A stretch of DNA of 39,710 bases from a virus (IMGVR_UViG_2778261152_000009:1-39710); one strand, 5' to 3'; positions 26,847-38,155 are shown, counted from the first letter of the stretch. Notes: generated by a model from the letters alone, not told the origin. Program-made: numbers and translations.

Positions 26847-28100
26847 ATGGCTAACCAATTAGCAAAAGACCTTGAAATCATGTTCGAAAACTACGTTGAA
26901 GGCTTTGAGGCCGCCTGCGTAGTTTCCCGTAACGCTAAAAAATTCCGTCCCGGTGATACAGCAATGCAGCGAGCAGGTGATGTTCTGTATCGTCCGCAGC
27001 ATTACCACATGAATATTGAGGAAGGCCTCGACCTCAGCAGCAAAACGCCAACAGCACTGGTTCAGCGCCTTGTTCCTTCTGTGTTCAAGGAGCCGAAAAA
27101 CATTCTGTACACTCTGGATGCGCGTGAAATGCGTGACCCGGAACATAAAACTGAAGCTGGTCGCGCCGCAGGTATGCGCCTTGCTGCACAGATTGACTCT
27201 GACCTGATTTCCATGGTCACGCAGCGTGCTACTAACGTGATCACAATGGCTGACTCAACCACTGGTTCACAGGGCCGTGATTTGTGGAACTGTGCGGCAG
27301 GTATTGATGCCACCATGACGGCGATTGGTGTACCTCAGGGTATCAACCGTCGCTCTTTCTGGAACCCCTTCAACTACAAAGACCTTGCTGGCGAGCTTGG
27401 TCACCGTGCCTATGCTCAGGGCGCAACCCTGACAGCATACGAAAAAGCGCAGATCCCTCCAGTTGCGTCCTTCGATAGCTACAAGACCGATATTTCCGGT
27501 CGTGTTCCGAAGGGTACAGCAACTTCCATTACGCTGGCAGCAGCACCTGCGCACAAGGTTGAAGCGAAAGATGCTAACGATATGCCAGTGGATAACCGAC
27601 AGGGGACCATTACGGTATCTGCTGAAGGTTTGCAGGTTGGCGATGCGTTTACCATCGCAGGGGTGAATTCCGTACACCAGATCACCAAAGATACCACTGG
27701 GCAGCCGCAGGTATTCCGCGTTCTGGCAGTTAGCGGAACGACAGTAACTATATCCCCGAAAATTCTGCCGCCTGACAACGCGGATGTCGCCAGCCGTCCA
27801 TATGCAAACGTTGATGCTAATGCGGCAAGTAGCGCAGCAATCACCATTCTCAACAAAAATGCCGCACCGGCTAACCTGTTCTGGGCTGATGGTTCTGTTG
27901 AACTGATGTACGGCAAACTGGCGTTCCCGACTGGTCAGGGTCCACAGGTAATGACAGCAACCACCGAGCAGGGCGCTACGCTGATCATGTCTTACGCCTT
28001 CGACCACATCAAAGGTGTAACCACTGCGCGTTTCACCACCCTGTACGGTTGCTCTGTACTTGTTCCTGAATATACGGGCATCGTTATTGCCGGGCAGTAA
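26847..28100 (+). CDS. Major coat protein (P22 gp5-like)
   Basis: 417 aa; segments such as NLFWADGSVEL parallel P22 coat (NVFWADDAIRI) as recalled; followed by a strong terminator. Confidence 0.8.
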   Translation: MANQLAKDLEIMFENYVEGFEAACVVSRNAKKFRPGDTAMQRAGDVLYRPQHYHMNIEEGLDLSSKTPTALVQRLVPSVFKEPKNILYTLDAREMRDPEHKTEAGRAAGMRLAAQIDSDLISMVTQRATNVITMADSTTGSQGRDLWNCAAGIDATMTAIGVPQGINRRSFWNPFNYKDLAGELGHRAYAQGATLTAYEKAQIPPVASFDSYKTDISGRVPKGTATSITLAAAPAHKVEAKDANDMPVDNRQGTITVSAEGLQVGDAFTIAGVNSVHQITKDTTGQPQVFRVLAVSGTTVTISPKILPPDNADVASRPYANVDANAASSAAITILNKNAAPANLFWADGSVELMYGKLAFPTGQGPQVMTATTEQGATLIMSYAFDHIKGVTTARFTTLYGCSVLVPEYTGIVIAGQ

Positions 28101-28106
28101 TTTTGG

Positions 28107-28133
28107 TGGGGCTTCGGCCCCATTTTTATTTGG
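28107..28133 (+). terminator. Rho-independent terminator after the coat gene
   Basis: GGGGC-TTCG-GCCCC hairpin followed by ATTTTTATTT. Confidence 0.65.
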
Positions 28134-28141
28134 AGAAGACA

Positions 28142-28330
28142 ATGGCACGAACAATGCTCTATAAGCCTGGCAACATGATCACCTGTGGTCAGTTTGCTGT
28201 CGATTACATCATTGTTGATGACGAAGAAGTTAAATCTCACCTGAAAAAAGGCTGGGTAAAAACTCCTGAAGAAACCGCAACGAAGCATAAAGTGGCTAAG
28301 GCGGAAGAAGATGGCGAAAACGAAGGGTGA
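28142..28330 (+). CDS. Hypothetical small protein
   Basis: ORF 28103..28330; Met at 28142 has GGAG 7 nt upstream; 62 aa with an acidic C-terminus. Confidence 0.4.
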   Translation: MARTMLYKPGNMITCGQFAVDYIIVDDEEVKSHLKKGWVKTPEETATKHKVAKAEEDGENEG

Positions 28331-28772
28331 TCTCGTTCTTAAGGCTTTACGAAAAGCCGGGCTGTATTCCAATGCCACGTTGACAGATGCCGACCCTCAG
28401 GCAATAGAAGATGCCATTAATGACCTCGAAGACATGATGGCAGCATGGCAGGCGAAAGGTATCGAGCTTGGATATCAGTTTGCTGATACAGAAAACGGCA
28501 TCATGCCGTTACCTGACGATGATTCAGGTATCCCTGCATGGGCAAATGATGGCGTCGCTTTGAAACTCGCTGTGCAAGTGTGCATGGATAACGTCATTCA
28601 GCCGTCAGATGCTCTCCTTACCGCTGCTGACAGCGCATATCAGACAATCTGCATCGCTTTAACCAAAATACCACCACTTGAGCGGCGAAATGACATGCCT
28701 CGCGGTAGTGGTAACAAAAGCGCGTTTACGTGGAATCGGTTTTACATCGAGAAAGATGATCCGAGTACGTGA
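28311..28772 (+). CDS. Head-completion / portal-plug protein (P22 gp4-like)
   Basis: 153-aa ORF in the gp4 position of the P22 gene order; positional call. Confidence 0.55.
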   Translation: MAKTKGDLVLKALRKAGLYSNATLTDADPQAIEDAINDLEDMMAAWQAKGIELGYQFADTENGIMPLPDDDSGIPAWANDGVALKLAVQVCMDNVIQPSDALLTAADSAYQTICIALTKIPPLERRNDMPRGSGNKSAFTWNRFYIEKDDPST

Positions 28773-28781
28773 GGTGAATAA

Positions 28782-30200
28782 ATGCCGATTCAGCAACTTC
28801 CGCTTATGAAAGGTGTCGGCAAAGACTTTCGAAACGCCGACTATATCGACTATCTGCCAGTGAATATGCTGGCTACACCCAAAGAAATCCTCAACAGCAG
28901 CGGATATCTTCGCTCATTCCCGGGCATTGCCAAACGTTCTGATGTGAACGGTGTATCTCGAGGCGTCGAGTACAACATGGCGCAGAATGCTGTCTATCGT
29001 GTGTGTGGCGGCAAGCTCTACAAAGGCGAAAGCGAGGTCGGTGATGTTGCCGGAAGTGGTCGCGTATCAATGGCGCATGGTCGAACATCTCAGGCGGTAG
29101 GCGTTAATGGTCAACTGATCGAGTATCGCTATGATGGCACGGTTAAAACAGTCTCAAACTGGCCTACAGACAGCGGATTCACTCAGTATGAGTTAGGTTC
29201 GGTTCGCGACATTACGCGTTTACGTGGGCGTTATGCGTGGTCAAAAGACGGTACTGATTCATGGTTTATCACTGACCTTGAAGACGAATCGCACCCTGAC
29301 CGATACAGCGCACAATATCGCGCAGAATCGCAGCCGGACGGTATCATCGGCATCGGAACATGGCGAGACTTCATCGTCTGCTTTGGCTCATCGACGATTG
29401 AATATTTTTCCCTGACTGGGGCAACCACCGTTGGTGCCGCTTTGTATGTTGCACAGCCATCGCTGATGGTGCAGAAAGGCATTGCCGGGACTTACTGCAA
29501 AACGCCGTTTGCTGATTCGTATGCGTTCATCAGCAATCCGGCAACAGGTGCGCCGTCTGTATACATCATCGGATCCGGTCAGGTGTCACCAATCGCCAGC
29601 GCGAGCATTGAGAAAATACTACGCTCCTACACTGCTGATGAACTGGCTGATGGCGTGATGGAATCGCTGCGGTTTGATGCGCATGAGTTGCTGATTATCC
29701 ACCTTCCGCGCCATGTTCTCGTGTACGACGCATCTTCAAGCGCCAATGGTCCGCAATGGTGTGTGCTGAAAACAGGCCTGTATGACGATGTGTACCGCGC
29801 TATCGACTTCATTTACGAAGGCAATCAGATAACGTGCGGCGATAAGCTGGAGTCCGTGACCGGGAAATTGCAGTTCGATATCAGCAGCCAGTATGGGCTT
29901 CAACAGGAACACCTGCTGTTTACTCCACTGTTCAAAGCGGATAACGCCAGATGCTTCGATCTGGAGGTGGAATCATCCACTGGCGTAGCTCAGTACGCCG
30001 ACCGCCTGTTCCTCTCTGCAACCACTGACGGCATAAATTACGGACGTGAGCAGATGATTGAACAGAATGAACCGTTCGTTTACGACAAACGTGTTTTGTG
30101 GAAGCGAGTCGGGCGCATCAGGAAAAATGTCGGCTTCAAATTGCGCGTTATCACGAAGTCACCTGTAACTCTTTCTGGCGCTCAGATAAGGATTGAGTAA
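28782..30200 (+). CDS. Head-completion / tail-hub protein (P22 gp10-like)
   Basis: 472 aa, the same length I recall for P22 gp10, in the syntenic position. Confidence 0.65.
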   Translation: MPIQQLPLMKGVGKDFRNADYIDYLPVNMLATPKEILNSSGYLRSFPGIAKRSDVNGVSRGVEYNMAQNAVYRVCGGKLYKGESEVGDVAGSGRVSMAHGRTSQAVGVNGQLIEYRYDGTVKTVSNWPTDSGFTQYELGSVRDITRLRGRYAWSKDGTDSWFITDLEDESHPDRYSAQYRAESQPDGIIGIGTWRDFIVCFGSSTIEYFSLTGATTVGAALYVAQPSLMVQKGIAGTYCKTPFADSYAFISNPATGAPSVYIIGSGQVSPIASASIEKILRSYTADELADGVMESLRFDAHELLIIHLPRHVLVYDASSSANGPQWCVLKTGLYDDVYRAIDFIYEGNQITCGDKLESVTGKLQFDISSQYGLQQEHLLFTPLFKADNARCFDLEVESSTGVAQYADRLFLSATTDGINYGREQMIEQNEPFVYDKRVLWKRVGRIRKNVGFKLRVITKSPVTLSGAQIRIE

Positions 30201-31048
30201 TGGCGGATTCGAATCTCAACACTCCTGTTATTGTGCAGGCGACGCGGCTCGATACATCAATCCTTCCACGCAATATCTTCTCGCAGTCGTATCTGCTTTA
30301 CGTTATCGCACAGGGCACTGATGTTGGTAACGTGGCTAACAAGGCCAACGAGGCCGGACAGGGCGCTTATGACGCACAAGTCAGGAACGATGAGCAGGAT
30401 GTGATTCTCGCTGACCATGAGCAGCGAATTTCTGCTGCGGAAGCAACGCTTGTTAATCATGAGGAGCGAATCAGCCAGGCAGAATCAACTCTTCAGGAAC
30501 ATGAAACGCGAATCGCTCAGAATGAAAGCGATATTGCGTCTCTTGATACCAGAGTTCAGTCGCTGGAGTCGCAGGTTTCAGACCATGAAACGCGCATCGA
30601 TGCCCTGGAGTATGCCACTACTCGCAAGACGTCAGAGGTTGTTTACTCTGGCGTATCTGTAACCATCCCGACAGCGCCGACCAACCTTGTTAGCCTGCTG
30701 AAAACGCTCACGCCGTCATCAGGCTCGTTGGCACCATTCTTCGACACCGTTAACAACAAGATGGTTGTGTTCAACGAGAACAAAACCTTGTTCTTCAAGC
30801 TGTCGATCGTCGGGACGTGGCCCAGCGGAACCGCCAACAGGTCAATGCAGCTAACCTTTTCCGGCTCTGTTCCTGACACACTGGTAAGCAGTCGCAACTC
30901 GGCGACAACAACCGATAACATCCTGTTAGCTACGTTCTTCAGCGTGGATAAAGACGGCTTTCTTGCCACAAATGGCAGCACGTTAACCATTCAGTCAAAT
31001 GGTGCGGCGTTTACTGCCACAACCATCAAGATAATCGCGGAGCAGTGA
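30200..31048 (+). CDS. Tail needle (P22 gp26-like) with extended C-terminal domain
   Basis: N-terminus [43 protein letters not shown]...NDEQDV parallels P22 gp26; then heptad repeats ([43 protein letters not shown]); about 50 residues longer than P22 gp26. Confidence 0.8.
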   Translation: MADSNLNTPVIVQATRLDTSILPRNIFSQSYLLYVIAQGTDVGNVANKANEAGQGAYDAQVRNDEQDVILADHEQRISAAEATLVNHEERISQAESTLQEHETRIAQNESDIASLDTRVQSLESQVSDHETRIDALEYATTRKTSEVVYSGVSVTIPTAPTNLVSLLKTLTPSSGSLAPFFDTVNNKMVVFNENKTLFFKLSIVGTWPSGTANRSMQLTFSGSVPDTLVSSRNSATTTDNILLATFFSVDKDGFLATNGSTLTIQSNGAAFTATTIKIIAEQ

Positions 31049-31503
31049 TGATTCAGTTCAAACCAACGCGAAACATCGACCTGATCGAAGCAGTAGGAAA
31101 TCACCCTGACATTATTGCCGGAAGCAACAACGGTGATGGATACGACTACAAGCCTGAATGCCGTTACTTTGAGGTTAACGTGCACGGTCAGTTTGGCGGC
31201 ATTGTTTACTATCAGGAAATTCAGCCGCTTACATTCGATTGCCACGCCATGTACCTGCCAGAGATTCGCGGCTTCAGCAAGGAAATCGGGCTGGCGTTCT
31301 GGAGATACATTCTGACTAACACCACCGTTCAGTGCGTCACATCGTTCGCTGCACGCAAATTCCGCCACGGTCAGATGTACTGCGCAATGATTGGCCTTAA
31401 TCGTGTAGGAACCATCAAGAAATACTTCAAAGGCGTGGATGACGTGACGTTTTACAGCGCAACACGCGAAGAACTAATCGACTTCCTGAATCACGGGAGA
31501 TAG
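31045..31503 (+). CDS. Virion/ejection-associated protein (P22 gp14-like position)
   Basis: 152-aa ORF between the tail needle and the gp7-like gene; positional call. Confidence 0.5.
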   Translation: MMIQFKPTRNIDLIEAVGNHPDIIAGSNNGDGYDYKPECRYFEVNVHGQFGGIVYYQEIQPLTFDCHAMYLPEIRGFSKEIGLAFWRYILTNTTVQCVTSFAARKFRHGQMYCAMIGLNRVGTIKKYFKGVDDVTFYSATREELIDFLNHGR

Positions 31504-31505
31504 CC

Positions 31506-32201
31506 ATGTTATATGCATTTAAGCTGGGCAGAAAACTGCGCGGCGAGGAACCTTATTGCCCTGAAAAAGGCGGGAAAGGTGGCAGTTCTGATAAAAGCGC
31601 AAAGTATGCCGCAGAAGCTCAGAAGTATGCAGCAGACCTGCAAAATCAGCAGTGGCAGACGATCATGAAAAACCTTGCTCCGTTCACGCCTCTTGCGGAG
31701 CAGTATGTTAACCAGCTTCAGAACCTTTCCAGTTTAGAAGGTCAGGGGCAGGCACTTAATCAGTATTACAACTCTCAGCAGTATAAAGACCTTGCAGGGC
31801 AGGCGCGTTACCAGAGTCTTGCTGCTGCGGAGGCGACTGGGGGACTTGGCTCGACAGCCACAAGCAATCAACTGGCCACGATTGCCCCGACTCTCGGTCA
31901 GTCGTGGTTGTCAAACCAGATGAGCAACTACAACAATCTGGCAAACATTGGCCTTGGTGCGCTGCAAGGTCAGGCGAACGCCGGGCAGACATACGCCAAC
32001 AACATGAGCAGCATTGCGCAGCAAAGCGCAGCACTTGCCGCTGCTAACGCCAATAAACCATCAGGCCTTCAGACAGCAATTAGCGGCGGAGCTTCAGGGG
32101 CTATGACTGGCGCTGCTCTTGGCTCTATTGTTCCCGGACTTGGCACTGGATTAGGTGCGGCAATTGGCGGCGGACTTGGCCTGCTTGGCTCGTTGTTTTA
32201 A
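31506..32201 (+). CDS. Ejection (internal virion) protein, P22 gp7-like
   Basis: 231 aa; N-terminus MLYAFKLGRKLRGEEPYCPEKGGKGGS, Gln/Ala/Gly-rich body, Gly-rich hydrophobic C-terminus. Confidence 0.65.
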   Translation: MLYAFKLGRKLRGEEPYCPEKGGKGGSSDKSAKYAAEAQKYAADLQNQQWQTIMKNLAPFTPLAEQYVNQLQNLSSLEGQGQALNQYYNSQQYKDLAGQARYQSLAAAEATGGLGSTATSNQLATIAPTLGQSWLSNQMSNYNNLANIGLGALQGQANAGQTYANNMSSIAQQSAALAAANANKPSGLQTAISGGASGAMTGAALGSIVPGLGTGLGAAIGGGLGLLGSLF

Positions 32202-32210
32202 GGGGTAATC

Positions 32211-33506
32211 ATGGCTACTTGGCAAGGATCAAATGGCGGACTGTTGGCTGGTATCGGTGGCGTCAACTCAAACGCCCCTAGCGTAAATGACATCGGAAAT
32301 ACGCTTCAGCTTATCAGGCAGAACAATGATATTGAGCGCTCAGGCGCTAACAATGTTGGACTGACGGCCTTGCAAGGTCTTTCAGGTATTGCTGGTGTTT
32401 TTCAGCAGGAAAAGCAGGCTCAGCGGCAGAAAGAATTTCAGCAGGCATACGCTAATGCTTATGCGTCTGGTGATCGCGGTGCTTTGCGTCAGTTAGCTAC
32501 TCAATATCCAGACCAGATTGAATCCGTTCGTAAAGGCATGGGATTCATTGATGAAGATCAGCGTAATTCTATCGGCACATTAGCGGCTGGCGCTCGCCTT
32601 GCGTCATCATCTCCAGAAGCGATGCAATCATGGCTGCAAAACAACGCCAAGGAACTGACTCGCGTCGGTGTTGACCCTAACAGCGTTGCTCAGATGTATC
32701 AGCAGAACCCTTCAGGATTTGGTGAGTTTGTTGATCACCTTGGAATGGCTGCTCTTGGTCCGATTGATTACTTCAATGTTCAGGACAAGATGGCAGGTCG
32801 TGAGATTGACCGAGGCAGGCTGGCAGAGACAATCCGCAGCAATCAGGCTGGAGAGGCGCTAACAGCGCGTGGTCAGGACATCCAGATACGTGGACAGAAC
32901 ATCAGCGCACAGAATGCTGCTCTTTCCCGCGAAATACAAAGAGCAGAATTACAAGAAAAGGCTCTGGACAGACAAATAGCCAGAGAAAGCAATCAGTTAA
33001 AGCTTGAAGAGCTAAAACAGAAACAGGCAGATGTTCGGCAAAAGGCTGACATAGCCCGCGCTGACAGGCAGGCCGCCGCTCAGGGTGCAGTTGATACATT
33101 CAGCACCGCGCTTGATTCTCTCAACGAGATAGAGCAAAGCCCCGGCCTTTCAAAAGCAGTAGGAATTCGCTCAGCGTTTCCGACAGTTCCTGGCTCTGAT
33201 GCGGCTAACTTTGAAGCAAGGCTCGACACCTTTAAAGCTCAAACATTCCTTCCTATGGTGCAGTCCCTTAAGGGTATGGGGGCTCTTTCAGATGCTGAGG
33301 GTAAAAAATTATCCGATGCGGTTGGTGCCCTAAGCCCCAAAATGAGTGAAAAGGCTTTTCGTGACTCTATCGGAAAGATTAGAAATCAGCTTGAAAGCAA
33401 GTTGAGCACTGTTAAAAAACAGTTTGATTATCAGGAGCCGGTGCAGAATATGCCAGGGCAACAATCTACTACTGGCAGTAACTTTTCTTCACTATGGGGT
33501 GATTAA
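32211..33506 (+). CDS. Ejection protein, P22 gp20-like
   Basis: 431-aa ORF in the gp20 position; low-complexity Gln/Ala-rich helical sequence. Confidence 0.6.
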   Translation: MATWQGSNGGLLAGIGGVNSNAPSVNDIGNTLQLIRQNNDIERSGANNVGLTALQGLSGIAGVFQQEKQAQRQKEFQQAYANAYASGDRGALRQLATQYPDQIESVRKGMGFIDEDQRNSIGTLAAGARLASSSPEAMQSWLQNNAKELTRVGVDPNSVAQMYQQNPSGFGEFVDHLGMAALGPIDYFNVQDKMAGREIDRGRLAETIRSNQAGEALTARGQDIQIRGQNISAQNAALSREIQRAELQEKALDRQIARESNQLKLEELKQKQADVRQKADIARADRQAAAQGAVDTFSTALDSLNEIEQSPGLSKAVGIRSAFPTVPGSDAANFEARLDTFKAQTFLPMVQSLKGMGALSDAEGKKLSDAVGALSPKMSEKAFRDSIGKIRNQLESKLSTVKKQFDYQEPVQNMPGQQSTTGSNFSSLWGD

Positions 33507-35503
33507 TGGCTAAAGCATGGAAAGATGTTATCGCCTCTCCACAGTATCAGGCGTTAGCACCAGAACAAAAAGCGCAGGCTCAGGAGCAATACTTCAATGA
33601 AGTCGTGGCCCCGCAAGCCGGAGAAAATGCAGAGCAGGCTAAGCAAGCTTTCTATGCTGCCTATCCATTGCCATCTGTGCAGACAGTGGAGACACAACAA
33701 CCAGTATCACAGCAACAACCACAGCAAAGTGGATTTATGTCTGATCTTGGCGAAGCAGTAAAAGAGACTGGTCGCGGACTGGTGCAGGCTGGCGTGAACG
33801 TGGCAAACATACCTGCATCAGTTGCCGATGCTGTAACAAGCGCGGCGGCTTGGGCTGGCGGTAAACTCGGTATTGGCGATGGGACATATCAACCAGCACC
33901 ACGAGTAACAACGCAGGGATTAGAGCAGGACTTTGGCCTTCAGCAAGGTGTGCTGACTCCACAAACGACAGAGGGAAGGGTATTTGCTGAAGCATTGCCT
34001 TACCTCACTCCTGCTGGCGTTGAGAGAGCGGCGGCACAGGCACCAACACTTGCTGGTCGAATTGCTCAGGGGGCAACTCGACTTCTCGCAGAAAACGCAG
34101 TTGGATCACTTGCTGCAAACAGTATGAAAGATGATGCGGAAGCACTCGCTACCGATTTAGGTGTTGGCGTTCTGGCAGGCGGCGCTATTAACGCTGCTGG
34201 ACGTGGATTAGGTGCTGCTTATCGTGGCGTTCGCGGTGCTATTGCGCCAGAAGCGCAGCAAGCTATCAGATTTGCAGAGCGTGAAGGAGTTCCTCTGCAC
34301 ACCACAGACCTGTTACAACCCACTTCCCGCGTCGGAAAAATGGCGCAGACTACAGCAGAAAATATCCCTCTGGCTGGCACAAGCGGAATGAGAGCAACGC
34401 AACAGGAAGCGAGAAGCCAGTTGGTGCAGAGATTTGCCGATAAATTCGGTGAGTATGATCCAGCGGTTGTTATTGACAGCCTTAAAGCGAAAACATCAGG
34501 AATTCGTCGTGCCGCCGGTAATCGACTGGAGCAGGTTCAGAATGCTATGGCTGGAGTAAACATTCAGCCTGCGCGAGCAATGCAGCAGATTGATACAGAA
34601 ATATCTAACCTGCAGAAGCTTGGTAAGGTTGCTGATAACGAGACTATTTCAAAACTTCAGTCCTATCGTGATGAGCTTGTTCGCAATGCTGGTCCTGATG
34701 GTCCGGTAAATCTGGATTTGAAGCAATTAAGCGATCTGCGCAGCCAGTTCAGAATGGACGTGAAGGGGGAACGACCAGTGCTACCAAACCGTTCCGATGC
34801 TGCCATTCAGCGCGTTTACAAGGCGATGACAGACGATATCAATGGTGCCATTGGTCAGAATCTTGGCAACGATACTCTCCGTAAATATCAGCAGGCCAAT
34901 GCCGTATACGCTGACGAAGCGGCGAAACTAAAGAATACCAGGCTGAAGAATGTTCTCATGAAAGGCGACCTGACGCCGGAAGTTGTCAACAACATGCTAT
35001 TCAGCAAGAACAAATCGGAAATTAAGACGCTGTATAACTCAGTTGGTCGTGTTGGCAGGGCGCAAATGCGCAATGGCATCATTGGAAAGGCGATGGAGAA
35101 ATCTGGCGGATCCCCTGACCAGTTCCTTCGGCAGCTTAACATCCTGCAAAACCAGACTGGCATCACATTTAAGGGGCAGGACGCTGCTTATCTGAAAGGA
35201 TTGAAAAACTACTTGCAATCCACGCAGCAGGCTGCAAAAGCGGCAGTAACAACACCAACAGGGCAGCAAACCATCCCGTTCATTATTGGATATGGGACGG
35301 CAATGAACCCGGCGACAACTGGCGCAGCGGTAAGCTACGGACTTCTTACTCGCGCCTATGAGAGCGAACCATTCAGAAATGCAATGCTCCGAATGGCAAA
35401 CACCCCGCGCGGATCAACAGCGTTTGAGAAAGCCATGCAGCAGGCGCAAAAGGCCATTAACGCCCTGACTCAAGGTGCCAAGTCTGATGCGTTGTCAGAA
35501 TAG
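33506..35503 (+). CDS. Ejection protein, P22 gp16-like
   Basis: 665-aa ORF in the gp16 position, last of three consecutive ejection-protein genes. Confidence 0.6.
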   Translation: MAKAWKDVIASPQYQALAPEQKAQAQEQYFNEVVAPQAGENAEQAKQAFYAAYPLPSVQTVETQQPVSQQQPQQSGFMSDLGEAVKETGRGLVQAGVNVANIPASVADAVTSAAAWAGGKLGIGDGTYQPAPRVTTQGLEQDFGLQQGVLTPQTTEGRVFAEALPYLTPAGVERAAAQAPTLAGRIAQGATRLLAENAVGSLAANSMKDDAEALATDLGVGVLAGGAINAAGRGLGAAYRGVRGAIAPEAQQAIRFAEREGVPLHTTDLLQPTSRVGKMAQTTAENIPLAGTSGMRATQQEARSQLVQRFADKFGEYDPAVVIDSLKAKTSGIRRAAGNRLEQVQNAMAGVNIQPARAMQQIDTEISNLQKLGKVADNETISKLQSYRDELVRNAGPDGPVNLDLKQLSDLRSQFRMDVKGERPVLPNRSDAAIQRVYKAMTDDINGAIGQNLGNDTLRKYQQANAVYADEAAKLKNTRLKNVLMKGDLTPEVVNNMLFSKNKSEIKTLYNSVGRVGRAQMRNGIIGKAMEKSGGSPDQFLRQLNILQNQTGITFKGQDAAYLKGLKNYLQSTQQAAKAAVTTPTGQQTIPFIIGYGTAMNPATTGAAVSYGLLTRAYESEPFRNAMLRMANTPRGSTAFEKAMQQAQKAINALTQGAKSDALSE

Positions 35504-35592
35504 CTTCGCAAACACCAGGAACGTGCAAAAACCAAATATGTAGAACGCAATATTCAGCATATCTCTTTGCATAAATCCTCCGTAACTGATAG

Positions 35593-35853
35593 TTAGCTGC
35601 TGTCTTTTTTATATAGCTCTTTGAGCGTATCAAAGACAATTTTCTTAACCATATCGGATTGTTGTTCTGCCATACGCTCTGCATCGTCAATGTAAACTGA
35701 TGCAGAGTTTTGTTTATCCAGTGATTCTTCAATCGCTGCAATTATCTCTGAGTTCAGAGACCTGTTATTCATCTTCGCACGCTGTTTAATTTTCGCGTGG
35801 AGTTCATGCGGAAGTCTCAAGTGAAACTGCGCCTCGTCGTATTTGCTGTACAT
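35593..35853 (-). CDS. mnt: Mnt-like ribbon-helix-helix repressor
   Basis: ORF 35593..35886; internal Met at 35853 gives 86 aa; FHLRLPHELHAKIKQRAKMNNRSLNSEIIAAIEESL and DDAERMAEQQSDMVKKIVFDTLKELYKK parallel P22 Mnt (FNFRMPMEVREKLKFRAEANGRSMNSELLQIVQDAL...NDAERLADEQSELVKKMVFDTLKDLYKK). Confidence 0.75.
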   Translation of the reverse strand: MYSKYDEAQFHLRLPHELHAKIKQRAKMNNRSLNSEIIAAIEESLDKQNSASVYIDDAERMAEQQSDMVKKIVFDTLKELYKKDSS

Positions 35854-35974
35854 CCTTGATGCCTCACCAGGTGGGTGGAATGGCATCGTAACTTACTGGA
35901 TAAATACTCAATAGTACCATTTCGGTATGCAATCACATCATGGTTGCATCATATCATTCGTCTGGAGCAATGAA

Positions 35975-38155
35975 ATGTCAGATATCACCGCAAATATTGT
36001 GGTAAGCATGCCTTCGCAACTCTTCACTATGGCTCGTTCTTTTAAAGCCGTAGCCAATGGCAAAATTTATATCGGTAAAATTGACACTGACCCGGTAAAT
36101 CCTGAAAACCAGATTCAGGTTTATGTGGAGAACGAAGACGGTTCTCACATTCCTGTTGCACAGCCAATCATCATTAACGTTGCCGGATATCCTGTATATA
36201 ACGGACAGATTGCCAAATTCGTTACCGTGCAAGGTCATTCGATGGCTGTTTATGATGCATATGGCACGCAGCAGTTCTATTTCCCTAATGTGCTGAAGTA
36301 TGACCCTGACCAGTTAAGACAGAATCTGCTTGATCGTCCTCTTACTATCAGGAATGGTAAGCTTGCGCTAGCTGATTTCATTAATGTCCGTGATTATGGG
36401 ATTATGGGTGACGGCACTGACGAGAGTTCCTTATGGGCAGCAATGATTGCTGCGCTTCCTTCCGGTTGCACAACACTATATGTTCCTGCTGGTAATTATG
36501 TATGCAATACTCCTATCGCCCTGGTGTGGGCAAAACTACCCACGTTAATTGTTGACTCTGAGGCAATATTAACACCAGCCATATCCTTTTCTGCATTTTT
36601 AAACGTTCAGTACCGCCGAAGAGACGAAACTAAATTCGGTGCGGGAATTGTTTCTGCGGGAACAACTGCGAATATGGGTGGCTTTAAAGTTGGTGGAGGC
36701 GCTCTTATGGATTCTGGTGATGGAATGTTCTTATCATCAGATGGGCACGCTAACTGGATGCGCATTCAAACTAGCAAAAATTATAACCCATCAGAAGTTG
36801 CTATTTATGGCTCTGCGGCACAAGGTCAACTTGTACATCAGTCACAGAACGTACTGATACGTGAAAGTGGCTCGCTTTTCGACATTACTAATTGGGCAGT
36901 AGGTGATGCAATTTATGCTTTTGACAGGGCCCTGGTAATTACTGCATTAACCTCAGCAGACCAGATTTCTGTTACAGAAATTGGAGGGGGAAACCTTACT
37001 GCTGCCATAGGTGCTCATTCTAGATACCATTACGTATATACCACAGGTGGGGGTATATGCGACGTGGTAAATGGGGTATGTACAAGAAAATCAGGAGATC
37101 CATTCTTTTTCTTCGGATATGGAAATGGTACGTATAAATTCTGGCTTAACGGAACACTTCGTACCGTCGTCAGTATATCTAATAAAGGCAATACGTGCAC
37201 TTTGCAGGATACCTCTATAAATGCCACAAACGCGCAATACAAAATGAGGGATGATATTAACTCACAAATAAGTACATTGCGTGTGCAGAAAACTACAGGC
37301 GTGGATGAGGAGAATTTAACTATCTCTGCTAAAGCAGTTGGTGAATACGAAATAAGGGCAGGAATTTCCGGGGATGGTAAATATTATCCTATCCGTTTTT
37401 ATAACGGTGACGATGGTGCCTATAAACCGCATAAAGTAATGGAGATTACACCAAGCGGCCTTGTTGGGATTATGAATGATGGGTCATCTCCATCTGCACT
37501 TTTATATGCTAGTAATAAAACCAATGCACCAATGTCAGATGGCACAATGTTTAAGCTAGGTTCTTTCAGGACGCAATACACAGACGGTGCTAGAGAGCTA
37601 CAGTTTGGATGTTTGAGCAACTCTGGCTCTAACGGCGGCTTTATTCAGGGGAGTGATGCATCCGGCAATAACTACCAAGTAGTTATTAATCCTCGCGGTG
37701 GTAACGTTGGTGTTAATACAGATAATCCAGTATTTCCCCTAGACATTAATGGCGCTTGCGGGCCTCACATAAGCAACACATATACCAACGGTGACTCAAC
37801 TCGTTTATGGAAACTTGTGTATTCCGCAGGTGGGGTTTTAACAACATCTGATGAACGCAAGAAAACCAAGCTTAAGAAATTTACAGAGAATGAAATCGCT
37901 GCTGCACAAGAGCTTGCACTATGCTCTGGTACATTCATGTGGCTTAAAGATTGTGAGGAAATGGGCGATGACTCACCTATTAATATCGGGTACATAGTTC
38001 AAGATGTAATAAAAGTAATGGAAAAACATGGGCTTAATTACAGAAAATACAAAATGATAGACCATGATGAAGTGAATGATGCATACGCACTTAATTATGA
38101 CCAGATAATCGTTTTTGTTATGGCTGGTATTGTTGCTAGATTAGCATCAGGCTAA
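35975..38155 (+). CDS. Tailspike: P22-like head-binding N-terminus, distinct receptor-binding body, C-terminal chaperone-like domain
   Basis: ORF 35927..38155; Met at 35975 gives [58 protein letters not shown]... paralleling the P22 tailspike N-terminus; body unrelated to P22 as recalled; C-terminus has [11 protein letters not shown] resembling the S-D-x-R-x-K autoproteolysis motif of intramolecular chaperone domains. Confidence 0.8.
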   Translation: MSDITANIVVSMPSQLFTMARSFKAVANGKIYIGKIDTDPVNPENQIQVYVENEDGSHIPVAQPIIINVAGYPVYNGQIAKFVTVQGHSMAVYDAYGTQQFYFPNVLKYDPDQLRQNLLDRPLTIRNGKLALADFINVRDYGIMGDGTDESSLWAAMIAALPSGCTTLYVPAGNYVCNTPIALVWAKLPTLIVDSEAILTPAISFSAFLNVQYRRRDETKFGAGIVSAGTTANMGGFKVGGGALMDSGDGMFLSSDGHANWMRIQTSKNYNPSEVAIYGSAAQGQLVHQSQNVLIRESGSLFDITNWAVGDAIYAFDRALVITALTSADQISVTEIGGGNLTAAIGAHSRYHYVYTTGGGICDVVNGVCTRKSGDPFFFFGYGNGTYKFWLNGTLRTVVSISNKGNTCTLQDTSINATNAQYKMRDDINSQISTLRVQKTTGVDEENLTISAKAVGEYEIRAGISGDGKYYPIRFYNGDDGAYKPHKVMEITPSGLVGIMNDGSSPSALLYASNKTNAPMSDGTMFKLGSFRTQYTDGARELQFGCLSNSGSNGGFIQGSDASGNNYQVVINPRGGNVGVNTDNPVFPLDINGACGPHISNTYTNGDSTRLWKLVYSAGGVLTTSDERKKTKLKKFTENEIAAAQELALCSGTFMWLKDCEEMGDDSPINIGYIVQDVIKVMEKHGLNYRKYKMIDHDEVNDAYALNYDQIIVFVMAGIVARLASG

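Noticed and set aside
25290-28378. Long antisense ORFs across the portal, scaffold and coat genes (for example 25290..25814, 26483..26881, 27267..28154, 27479..27916)
   Set aside because: All are antisense or out of frame to structural genes with clear homology; their Cys/Arg-rich translations are typical of non-coding frames in GC-balanced DNA.
35504-35592. SieA-like superinfection exclusion gene between the last ejection-protein gene and mnt (as in P22)
   Set aside because: Only about 90 bp separate the two genes; there is no room for an ORF.
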